38,675 bases of DNA, taken from positions 1 through 38,675 of the forward strand of contig ADNK01001513.1 of the NCBI GenBank assembly GCA_000320545.1, written 5' to 3'. Source of the stretch: Bigelowiella natans CCMP2755 (Eukaryota > Protista > Cercozoa). Shown one piece after another: positions 13,287 to 26,032 of this stretch (position 1 is its first letter; each line of letters starts with the position of its first letter). Position numbers and translations under genes: made by a program. Under the pieces are notes generated by a model that was not told the origin of the DNA, did not search any database, and was given only the letters and a program-made list of their open reading frames with translations.

Positions 13287-13814
13287 GCAAATTTGGCAGA
13301 ACAGGCAATGCATGCTGGCACATGCACGGTGATGCGAATGCGGCTGCATGCTGATGACATGTGCAATGCAACCAATGCTCGATTGCGTGTGTGCCAATGG
13401 CGCATTCCATGTCCATTGTTGTTGTTGTGGCTGCGAGATCGACCGTGCTAGCTGCGCCAGCACAGCACGGTGTGTGACGCGCAAACGTTTGCAAATGAAC
13501 CAGGCGCGCCGTTTGCATTGGTGTTGCGTGAACGCCAGCAAAACGCTGAGCAACACATCGCGAACGCGAACAATCGTGAAACGAACGAAGCAGTTCCGAT
13601 CCCGTTCCAACGATGGCCCAGTGGTTGAAAGGATCTGGAGATGTGCCATCGCATCTGCTCCAACAAATGAATGAATGAACGAAGCAGTTGCAAGACAACC
13701 ACGCAAAATCGAGGTCTCGTTGTCAAAGAACATCAACGAACAGCACTTTCAATGTTTCAGGCACTGTCCCCACAACCAGAATTCAATGCTGTTTTCAAGT
13801 GAATTTGCCCAATT
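12518..13814. other. TpA-depleted intergenic tract (putative A-to-G hypermutated region)
   Basis: By-eye count of 4 TA dinucleotides in ~1297 bp (12690, 12969, 13184, 13449), all within CTAG. TG/CA is abundant and CpG is retained. Confidence 0.9.
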
Positions 13815-14206
13815 TAGGATGTCGCACCTTGCAAATTCAGCAACACCGTGATGCCACAAAACCCAGCTCGATCCATTAGAGGTTTAGTTTGTTTTCCCCC
13901 CTCCAAGCGCACTAACTAAAAGTGCACGGAAATTGATGTACTTTGCTGATCAAAACAGGTTTTTTGGGTTGAATGGAAGGTGAAATGGCCTCGAATGTGC
14001 GCTTTGAGGTGAGAAACCGATCGCGTGCGCGGAGCTTGTACAAGCTGTTGCCAGTGTGAGAGTGGGGATTTCCATGCAGCTGAAATTCTCAGAATTTTCT
14101 GAATTTACACGAAACTTCCCTGTCGGCAAACTAAAAAGAATGATGGATCCACTTTGCTCATGAACATTCACCTCATTTAGTTCTGAATTAACTATCTGCC
14201 GCCATC

Positions 14207-17200
14207 ATGGCTACCCCTGTCCTCCTGAACGGATCAAGGACGCTGTGCATATGCCTCCTGATCATAGCACGGGGATTATCAGAGGTGTGTATCTCATGTG
14301 AACAAAATATTCACTGTGGCAAAATCGAGGAGCAACTAACTTTGTTGATTTGTTTGAAGAGGGATCTACCACGAAATGTGGACAATAAAAACCCTGTTGA
14401 GGAGGCTAGTGGAGATGAGTGGAACGATCCTTACGAAGAAGAAGAGAAACCCTTCGCTAGTGTCCTTGCGGCAAAGTTCCATAGTCATGTCCCTCATCTC
14501 CATTCTCCACATGGACACAAGTAACGTTTATTCTGTGATGTAAATACTTATTCTAATCCATTGTGTTTACCAGTCCGCATATTCACTCTCCGCATAGTCA
14601 TGTGCCACACAGCCACTTTCCACACCTCCACACGCCCCTCCCGACAAGATTTCCCACATCGCAACCCACAAGATTCCCAACAACCCGAAGGCCTACAAAA
14701 TTCCCCACTCCACAGCCGACCAGGTACATCTACAATTAAAATGCTAATCTTTTATTTTATCTCTCGCGTCTTTTTTCTGTCTTGCTTATGTACTAAAATT
14801 CTGTTCGAGCAGGTTCCCCACCCCTTTACCAACAGGAAATCCCACACACTCCCCTACCACACAAGGACCAACAACGGTAGCACCATCTAGCAGTCCACGC
14901 ACTCAAAGCCCTCAACCTTTCACAAACCAGCCCACAATAACCCGTAATCCAAGCACGGTATCACCGAGCAGCCTTTCCCCTTCCACAGTATCACCTGTAA
15001 CCGAGAGTCCTTCCACTCTCTCCCCAACCACCGAAAGCCCTACATCGACCTCTCCCTCAACAAGCAGCCCTTTGACGGATTCTCCGACATCGTTTTCACC
15101 TACGTCTGTGAGCCCATCTTCTCAGTCGCCCACAACACCAAGCCCATCAACAACTGCGCCGACCGATGCGCCGACTACATTAGCACCAGTGGTACCAACT
15201 ATATCACCAACCCTTCCAAAGCGCATCATCATAGTCACCGATCCCGCCATTGTTGGAACGCCCAACACCAATCCAGGAATTGGGGCGATTTACTCCGTGG
15301 TTGCGGAACTGGGAGTAGTGAACAATATGACCGATTTCACCACAGGAATGCTAACGATTGACCTATTGACTATGACTGATGTACTCGCAGTCCCATCGCA
15401 GATAGGGATAAGCAGTTTTGAGTCTTTGCTATCTGATAGCGACCTTTCAAATCTTCAGCGATGGTCTGTGGATGCCGGGGTGAGCCAGGACAGCAACAAT
15501 AAATTAGGAACTGTAGTCTACTCACCGATCCTGCGCGTTGTTATTCTATATACTAATCTTCATAATGTAATCACATTTATAGGGCGTTTTGCTTGTGTTC
15601 GAAGATTCCGAATACCGCGCCCTTAGCCTGACGAATAGATTACTTGTATCTTTGACTGGGGTGCTGCCGGTGGATGAATCGCCATCGCCGAGGTACGGTT
15701 CTTTTATGGAAGAACATAGTAAAAAAGAGCAGAGCGAAAAGACTTTCTGGCATTTATCTAATTCTAATCTATTCTTCCAATCAGCACTACCAACAGATCG
15801 GAACTGGCATTCGAAGCAGAAGGGGCCCCTTTCGCGGTACATGACCGATACTTATATGGACTTTTTAAAGTTTTGAATCATATACGCTGCTCGTTTTCTT
15901 CAGCTCCCGCTTCGAGCGGATGTGTACCCGCTGCAACTTATTAGTGTTCCAACCCCGCCAACAGCACTCCCCGTCTATACGACCTGTAGTTCGACTAATA
16001 TGTAGTAGTATTGATACAGTTAGTTTTTACTTAGTTTGTGGTGGAGAGTGTTGGTAAGAAGGGGGAGAGGAGACGGTTTTTCTAAGGAATCCCGTTTAAT
16101 ATTTTGTCTCTGGTCTGCGTTTATCGTTCGTTCTTTTTTTGGCCTATGTTCCCAGCTGATGAATCTTGGGTCACGCTGATGGATGCTCGGTGATTCTAAA
16201 AACAAATTTAAATGCAATACAAAATAACATATAGATTCACAGCAGTTAATTATCACCTGCAACGCTGATGAATGAATTTCTGTCACTTTCAATTGGTGTG
16301 TACTTCGTGGTATGGGTACAAGATGGGGGCACTTTTCGTACAGCTACATGGCTGGGAGACAGGCGGAATGGTGAGAACAGCATATTCAAATGTAGAAGTA
16401 ATGTAGGGTAAGCAGTTCCATCTCCCAACTTACATTTGATAGGGATGACGTCATTGCAGTTGCTGTAAACTTGCTGACCGCTAGTGACGGAGCTCGAGAT
16501 CCTACCGCATATCCCACCAGGTAACATTGAGAGACAGTTTAGGAATAGTTGACAACTAGAGGGGCTTAAAATTGCAAGCGCGAAATAGGATGATAATATC
16601 TAACATCAAACAGATATCCCACGCGTTTCCCAACGGCCATCCCGACTACTCAACGTAATAGATGCCGACATATATCCCGATATCGCAACGATATGATCCC
16701 ATCTTCCTGTTCCTTAAATTGTTGAATGCTTCTTATTGTTTAGCGCCGACACAATCAGCAACAAGGGGAGTGGTACTAGGTTAGATGTTGCTTTGAGTTA
16801 AAATTATAATTTTCAATCGGAAAAGAAGCATTTTTGGAAGGAATCTTTTTAGCATCATCCAAAATAGTGACTTTGAAACAATTCCAATGAATTCAACGAT
16901 TATTTGATTCTATGGGTCGGACAAGCCGTTTTTGTAGACAAAACCTTTGATATGTCTAGTGTGGTTGAGAACCAAATTTCATTTGTCATCGTCAAAAAAC
17001 TCTCTGTATGATTACGCAGGCGAGGAGGTGGGTTCTCTCAGTGGTTTTCCTCGCGGGTAGAGTTCAAGTGGAACGTTTAAAATATCCCGATTTTTTGTGA
17101 AGCACGTTATTTTATTCCTAAGATACACAAAAAGACAAAAAAATGACAGTCAATGGATTTGTATACCTTCCTGAGATCTTTGAACAACTGTTCTACAAAG

Positions 17201-20200
17201 AAACACATCCCAAAAAATGTAATTTCCCATTGCTTGTGAATCTAAGAATGTTATCTTCCGATCTATGACAAACCTCAACAAACATGTTACTTACAAGGAT
17301 ATTTTCTTGTTGTAGTTACTCGTTCCAAAGCCCTTGCGATGCCACGCTGGATTCCGCATTTATCTTTGGTGACTCCACGCTTGCTCAAAACCTCCAATTA
17401 GTCGTTTCTCCTATTCCATTCCAGACGTGGCCATCTTCTACTGTATTATTAAATGATAACGGGAACTATTGACTGCTGGTTATTTATAGACCTTAATCAT
17501 ATAGGTGGGAGCTACAGTGCTTTTCGATGGCTCACAAAAGTATATTGTATAACAATAGAAGCACACTATTAACAGCAATATCCCAATGCCGAAACTAGCT
17601 AACTTTTTCATCTACTATCATTGTTATTTTTTTCCCCAGTACGAACGAATATTTTAACTTGAACGTGAATATAGAGGAGGGGCAGTACATTGGAGTCATT
17701 GGGTACGAAAGATTTCAATATTAGAATACAAATACGGAAATATTTTGATGAAAATGTCGAGATGAGTATTCAACCACATGACCTAGTGTTATGGGAAAAT
17801 TTCTCAGTGGTTTTGTTGCACCAAAAAATATCCAAAGTGAAACTTGAGCTATGTTTGGTTGTTGCGGTCAGTTTCCATAAAAGGAAAAATTGTACATTAA
17901 CAATCACAATGTTTTATGGCGTGTACTTCAAGGTATAGAGGAGTGACTGTAGAGAACTCTTACGGGTATGTGTTTGTGTTTTGTGTGCGTGTATTTGTGC
18001 CCGTGTGTGGAGCTGATTGATAAAGTAACAAAAGGATTGTTATGAGAAACCAAACCACCATTGCTGTAATAACGACTTCTACTTACATTTTCCTTTTTCA
18101 TACCACATCCGACGAAAGACAAGCGTCCTCAGCTCTTACTGGGTTGTGTGGCTTCCCGATTACTCTTACACGTACGTTGTTTATCATTTATTCTCATTTC
18201 TACTTTTGCGTCCACATTATTTCAACAAGATACTGCTGCTGTTGGTGCGCTTCCACCTACAATACTAACATCCCCAAAAGCGGAGATAATCGTGAATTTT
18301 TGTTTCATTCCTGTAGGCTTCGTGTCGCAGCAATCTGCTGCTCCCTACACCGAATTTTCGAATGTTCCAAGTCTTGACTTGGTCGGTAGGATAGCGCTGA
18401 ATGCTTCGTTTGAGGCTAATGTCACAATGTCGCCCTCAGCGTTCTCTCCAGGTGGGATAAGTAGTTAGGAGGTGGAAGATGATAGAGAGGAGAATCAAGA
18501 GAAATGAATAATTGAGATTGTTAGCTGCGATTGTCTCCCTAAAACCGTGAGGAAAGGCCTCAACAAAGTTCCCTGCAGTGACTCATCATCACAATTGTCA
18601 CTGTTATCATCGTCAACAACATAATCATTGGTCTCTTTTTAGGCGGATTGCCGACTCACAGCCCATCACCAGCGGCGTTGATCCCTCGACTGAGTGCTGA
18701 TACCACCTATTTTCTTGGTGGAGACTCCACTTCAGCTGCCAACATTCCACTTGTTAACGAGTTTACTAATCGTTTTGTCGGAGGTAAATTAAGGAAAAAT
18801 GACGATTAGCAAAAACAAAATTAACTACTCCAATATATTACAACTTCGTGATCACCTTCTTGTTTGCAAATTCCAGTGGCATTATCGCCTAGAATTAACA
18901 ATGTTTTTGCTATTGCTCTGAAAGGAGGACCTTCGAGCATTGTGACATGTTTTCAAACTGATCTCGCGGATAAATCCATGGTTTGTTCGCTTTGAAACCC
19001 ACCTCGTAGCTATCCTTGGTGACAGCGAAACTTTTGTGTGTAAAGTAGCATCTTCACTGCCTGAGATTTCTGCTACTGATGGCTCTTCGTTCCCTGTTCA
19101 TGATAGGTTTTCCCTTGGCTTGCTCGAAATCTATCCGCAGAAACGTTTTTTAGAGGCTCCTCTGGGCTTGAAATTATCCTGGAAAATGTCACTTTGGATT
19201 TTGATCCAAGTGAAGGTTGTGTGCGATAGTAGTGATGGTCACTTGTTGCGCGATTAAGTATTTAAAACGTTGGAAGAGTACTAACAATGTTTCCTTGGTT
19301 CTTCCGCTTATGAATGTAACAATAAAGGTCTCTCACCATGCGGCCCATTCCAGGTAGTGTTGTTATCAGTTGTAGTACTGGTATTAGGAGTTGTAGAAGT
19401 AGATATTGATGTGTTGTACGATAATTTCTTCGAAGCAGTTACCACGTTATCGCATCAACATCATCGCAGATCAGTATACAATCTTTCTGTGACGTTAAAA
19501 CGATACATCGAATGATGGAAGTGGGGATGAAGAAGTTGACTCGCCACTCGATTTTTTGCTGTTTTAAGCGGCGGGGAGCCGTTTCTTACCGTCTATTGCA
19601 AGCAGTCTTGACAGCAACATCCCAAGAGATTGTAGTAGAAGAGCTCACACCGTATCGAAAATGAAAGAAACACAGAAAATGCAATCAACTCAGTATGTGT
19701 TCGATATTAGGTTGAGACACTGCGATTGGCCAACGTGAGGATCATTGGTGTTTACGAGGGCTTCCGTCTCATAGGCGGTAGCACCAACTTGTACATGTCG
19801 AGTGTGCAAATCTCGCACCCGCCTCAATCATTCGGACATCGTACGCGCTACCTGATCTTCGTAAATGGGACTTCATCTTCAGTCGTCATCGAACGGTAAA
19901 AATACGACAATCGTGATCGAAAAAGTCAGAAATTAAAACATGACGATCAGCTCAATCGTTTTGACCGCAGAATGCATCATTTGGACCAAACATCATCAAA
20001 TTAATGATGCAGATGTTTTTGCATCTTTGAAGCCATTACGATCACCACCACACCATCACCATCAGTGATTATTAAAACCATCACCACGGTTTATAGGTCT
20101 GTGATCGAGGATTACATCATTTTGGAGAATGGGATAGAGGTGACTGGGGATAGTGCTACTGTGAATATAAGTGACACGAAGTTTGACAATCTGACTGGAT

Positions 20201-23200
20201 CAGGTCCTAAAATAACAAAATCCTAATGGAAATGGGTTAATATAGGCTTTGCTACACATATAGATGAAATGATGCAATAGTTGCTGCATTTTGTTCGGAT
20301 CTAGTCTTGAGGATTTCCATGCACATTTGCTTTCGAAATTATAAGCTTCTCACACAGAATATGGCAACCGCGATTGTGTTGTAGGATACGACCGGAATAT
20401 ATTGTCCAATCCCTTCTTTCCTCTCCTCCCCAGCTGCAGCTGTAGCCAAGCATGCTTCGAAGACACCAACTACTGTATGTTTATGGAAAGGAGGAAGGGG
20501 GAGAGTGGGTCAGCGGATCTATGCTAACATCTATGTTAACATTGAACTTCACATTGTTGCAAAAAGTACATGCGCAGGAACCATTACGTAAACATTTTAT
20601 TGGAAGATTTTTCTCCCCCCTCATCCTAATAATATATTTGACAATCCTTAGGCTTGGATGATTTAGGGGGGCAGCAACAGTGGAGTTTCCATGCATTTAG
20701 CTTGATATACGTCCATTCTCAAACAAAAGAATTCGAACCAACTACCGTCTCCCTCAAGGACAATAACTACACTGACATTAACGGGTGTATTAGCGAATTC
20801 TTCACTTTCCTTTCACCCTCCCAATTTTCAACCGTGATATGTCTATCGATGTTTACTACGATGTCGAATTAGGGGCATAATTTTCTTTATTTTATCTCCT
20901 TGTTGTCAACTCCTTGCACCACCAAGGTTTCACTACTCTATGATGCTGTCGTATGAGACTGAGACTGCAACCTCTATTGGCACTGAGGTCTCCTCCGATA
21001 TAATTATTGACGTCAAAGATGTAAGGTCGGTGGTTTGATACGTAGTAGTTCTACATTCAACATTCTAATGCATGCTCAGTGTAAATAAAGTCCCAACATT
21101 CATGCGTCTTGTGTATGCTTTTGGATATCGGGCGCCACCCTATTGACCAATGAATCGTTTCTCAAAGTTCTTTCTCTCTATTTATTAGGGTGCGGAGTTC
21201 AAGTATTGGGGATTCGACCTGGCGCAGTCGTTTAATAGCGACAAGTTCCCCCACCAGCATCCCAACAGTGTCTCCTACTGCCTCCCCTACGAATAACCCA
21301 ACACGTACCTCCAGCCCGACATTCTCCAGTTCCCTTGCGGATAAAACTGAAAGTAAGATATGAAGTTGCGTCAGTAAAATGAAGATAACCTTCTAAACCT
21401 ACTGCTTGTTCGCTGTAGAAATAATGCTTCTTCTCAATGTGCTTAGAACCATAGTCATCATCATCATGGCCATTATGATTATCATTTTATCAGTGCCGTC
21501 GATGTCTCCTTTTAGTGGAACCGCCTCTCCCACGCAGTCCCCAACAGCCGTAGTATTTCCTACAGGTAGCTAGTAATGACCATAGCTACTGGTACATATT
21601 ATTTTAGTACTGGCGGTAAGAGATAGCAAGTAATACATGTGATGTTTTGCCTGAATTTCCCTCCCACTTTGACTGCCTAGCTTTGTAGCAAGTTCAGACA
21701 CAGATATAAGAAACCTTCTTCTATATGCAGGCTTGTTCGCAGGGCTGATCAGCATTTCCGGGAACGTGGGAACAGTTTCAGTCGATGGCCTCACCTACGA
21801 GGACGACAGTGACCTCAAAGACCCCAGCGTCAAAAGGGCATGCATTATTACTCAGCAGACCACACTTTCTAGCGTCCGTATGCGCAACATCTTGCTATCC
21901 AATGCGCGCGTAGAAGCTGTGATCTTCGACACCTCTAACACAGTCGGTCCGAGCCTTACAAACGGGAATGACCACTCTATCAACGGCCTGGATATCTTTA
22001 ACCTTGACAGGGCAATTCAGACCGATGCGACGACCGATGTGCGCTCAACCGTCATGCTATTTGTAGGCAGTATGAACAGCATCCTATCGCCCCTCACTTT
22101 GGCTGGTATTCGGATCCTGAACTCGGATGTTTCTCTGATAAATGCGACCTCGGATATCACGTCACAAGCAGCATTTCAAGGCTTAATCTTAAATGGACAG
22201 ATCGATGTGCAGATTCGCGACGTTTCAATTCGACACCCCAACGAGCTTCTGGGCGGTTTGCTGCTTCAGCGTCCACTCATCACCATATCTATGCCGAATG
22301 CTACGTCTAATGTGCAGGCCACAATAAGCTTCGAGAACTTTATACTGGATAATTACCGAATAGATGTTGCCGCTTTAACGCCGAGCAATAGCCTCCTTTA
22401 TAACGGCAACGCTTTAGTGTCGGTGTCTTGTCTCTTGCAGGCCAGCTTCAACGTTCGTAATGCGAGCTTCAGCAACATCGTAGCTCTGGACAATCCAAAC
22501 GCCCCTAGTCAGATTGATCCGACAACGGCGGCCAGTTTGATCTTCTCTGATTCATGTAATGTCGAGTATCAAGTGATTGCCGAGGGCGTGTCCATGGTGA
22601 ACACGACTCGGGTCCACTTACTGAACAGCTTCGCCCTAATCACAGCGTCGTCTTTTACCGTTATTGATGTCATCTCCGCGTTAAGTGCTCCTGTATTCAA
22701 ACTGGACTCAGGCCAAATTGACTCCATGTTCATCGCTTCCTCTTCATTCTCTCGTTCATTTAGTCCTGTTTTATCGGCATCCACCACCAACAGTCTCTCC
22801 GCACAAAGTATTCCCGCTTCAAGGTCCATTGAAATACGCAGCTCTTTGTTTGCAAACAATGTTGGGAGCCTCTTCGGCGTTGTTTACATGCAAAGGGCCC
22901 AGAGCACACAGGAATTTTTCACTAGCAATTTGCTCGTGAGCGACTCGGAATTATACGGTAATAGCGCGAGCCAAGGAGCAGCTCTTTACATCGAAGAGGG
23001 AACAGTGAATTTGGTGGGGACTCGTTTTGCCAATAATCACGTTACAGGTGATGGAGGAGCTGTTGTGTCGGGCGGGATGTTATTTACGTCAAACAGTAAC
23101 TTCGAATCAAACTCAGCCGGAGGTAGCGGAGGCGACATTATGGCAGCGTATTTGAGGGCCACAAATACGTTCTTCACAAACTCGAGCTCGATCATGCTTG

Positions 23201-25990
23201 GGGGGTCCATTTATCTAACTTTCACACAATTTTTGGCAAGCTTGTCCAATGGATTATCTAATGCCCAAATGACAGCGACTGGTTCTGTGTTCAGCGGTTG
23301 TACTTCTGGTCTCGGATCATTCATCTACGTAGAGAGTTCCGGCTATCTTAACGTCGAAAACTGTGCTTTCACGGGGAGCGAAGTGCAAGACGGCAGCATC
23401 TTTATGGACTCCCTCTCTACCCTAATAGTCAGGAATTCGACCTTTGATTCATTGACGGCAACCGATGCAGGACTGGTCCATTTTGGTATTAATGCGATCG
23501 GGCAGTTTTTTAATATTTCCGTGTCTGACACCCTTGCGGCGCAATTCGGAGGAGCGATATTCTGCGATACAGGTTCAACAGTCTTGGTAGTGGATTCGCT
23601 ATTCACTGGAATCACTTCAGTTGCAAATGGGGGTGTTTTCTACCTTGGTGGGACAGATTCAACCGTTACGGTGTCCAACTCGAAGTTCACATCCATTAGC
23701 GCACTCTCGGGAGGGGTAGCATGGATTCTCGGTGGCAACATGGAATTGAGAAACTGCAACATCACAGCTGTGAAAGCTGGATCAAATGGAGGGGTAAATC
23801 TACGAAATCATGATGAGTAATTATGGAGGATGAAGAGGAGGCGGACCAACGACTTAGATTTAAATCAAGGAAGCAGATCGATAAATTCTCAAAGCATCGT
23901 TTTGCCAGTGCATGCGTTCTGTAAATATCCTTGCCATTTGTTTATTTTGGTTTCCTCTTACCCTCTTTTTATTAATGATCGTACTCAGGTTATAACGCTA
24001 CTAGGATCGGCAATGGTCACAATATCTGACTCAACGCTGATTAACACAGAGGCAGATACCTCAGGCTTGGCTGAGCTGTCTAACGATGCCTTCCTCAACA
24101 TTACGGCTTCTCATATCTCAGGGTATCAGCCTTTCATTACCTATTTTTTTTAAATCTGCGATCAGAACATATCTGTTGGTAATACATACGATAACTCCTA
24201 TCACATCATCATATCAGCATTCGAGCAACGCAGGCTGGGATCATTCGTCTCGAAAATGCTGCCCGGATGGAGATATACCAGTCAACAATTGAGGAGTGCT
24301 TCGCATCAACAGTCGGTTTGATTCAGATTCGAGACGGAGCGACCTGCTTGCTGTCGAGCGTATATGCGATTTCAAACTCAGCCGAGAGCGAAGCCAGTGT
24401 GGTGTCCGTCAGTGGGACCGGACGCTTCACTGCCGACAAATGCACATTTAGCGGTTATTATCAATCAACTAGTGATTAGTCCGATTTCACGATTTCACAA
24501 CTGTGCTCAAGCTTGTCGTATGATCAACCTGTTTGACGATGCCATCGATTTTTGTGCACTAGCATATAAAAACGTTCATTATGATTTATGAGATTGCACG
24601 AGCACTTTACTTCCTAATTTTTTATGATATTTTGATGGTCACAGATAATTCAATGAACCCGAATACGGCTCTGATGCCAGCCGGCGTCTTACGCGCCAGT
24701 GAAAACAGTGAATGTAAGTTCCAGATGCCTAAAATTATTATCTTAGAATACATGGTAACAGATTGCGCTGAGACGCTATCTTTCGTTGTGATTCATCATC
24801 AGTGGTTGTACGCAACTGCTCCTTCATACGAAACTCTGGACGAATAGGAGGTGCCATCAGTGCCCTGGATAGTGCAAGCCTGGAAGTTAGTAACTGTGTA
24901 TTTCAAAATAACTCGGCATTGCTCAGCGCAGGAGCAATTTACGCTTATTCTACCGCATCACTCTCCATCTCGTCGTCCAACTTCTCATTCAATAGTGCGG
25001 GTACCGCTGGAGGTAGCATACAGCTGGTTGGTGAACGTACAAAGGCGTACCTGGAACAGTGTACTATTGACCACTCAAGGGCATCGAGTGGAGCTCTCCG
25101 GGCAGAGAAGGGGGCTGTGCTTATCGTTAGAAACGCCCTTCTAGAATTCAATGAGGCGTATAACGCTGGAGGCGCTATCAGCATTGTCAACGGCACACTA
25201 AACATAACTCTCAGTATAATTCGATTCAATAGAGCTGGCTATGTTGGAGGTGCAGTCTCCCTCGAGGCAGCACAGTCGTTCTATGTTTTCGCGACCAATT
25301 TTGAATTTAACGAGTTATACCCTGGCGCGCTATTACTTGCAAATGAGCTCAAGGGAGGTGCTCTCTTCATCGCTAACACTCTCCAAGACGCTGTGTTGCA
25401 AATTGAGCAAGGTGTAATGTTTCTTCGGAATAACGCGTCACTGGGCGCGGGGGGTGCGGTGTACTTTGATAATGAATTGTCGCGTCCATCAATCGCCGGA
25501 GAGGAGGGTGGCGCCCAGCCTCAGGCTATTACAACATCCGGGGCAGTACAGTTTCTGAACAATACAGCATCACAGGGCGCGGAGTTAGCATCGGCTCCCT
25601 TCATCGTCACCTGGAACGCTACAGATACCATGATCGCCGACTCTGGCATCGTGTGGGAAGCTGCGATTTTTGTCACGATCACTGATATATTCGGCACCCC
25701 CGTGGTGGACCAACGTACGGAGGTACAGCTGGTGGCTTTCGGCCAGAATCAAAGCACGAGCCTTGCTCCGACGGAGTTTACCTTTCAGAACGGCAATCAG
25801 CTCCTCTCCGATGGTGTTGCTTGCTTCGGCTCAAGGTTGGCCATTATATAATTATATTACTGCTAATGCACTGCTACAACAACTGCTACTACTGCTACTG
25901 TAGATATAGAGGTTCATCAATTCTTGTGGTAGTGAAATTTGAGCGGCAAAGTGTAGGATTAAGACAACAACATATATACCCAAATAAGTC

Positions 25991-26032
<42 letters not shown>

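Noticed and set aside
12518-13814. CpG methylation decay or classical RIP as the cause of the TG/CA excess
   Set aside because: CpG is plentiful here, and RIP would increase TpA rather than remove it.
12334-13879. Long ORFs in the TpA desert as real genes or a transposase
   Set aside because: They overlap in all frames, lack Tyr and any recognisable motif, and are explained by loss of TAA/TAG stops.
21731-25851. Bacterial contamination or recent transfer of a Chlamydia pmp gene
   Set aside because: The region is interrupted by spliceosomal introns and fused to eukaryotic Cys-rich and multi-TM domains, with no autotransporter barrel.
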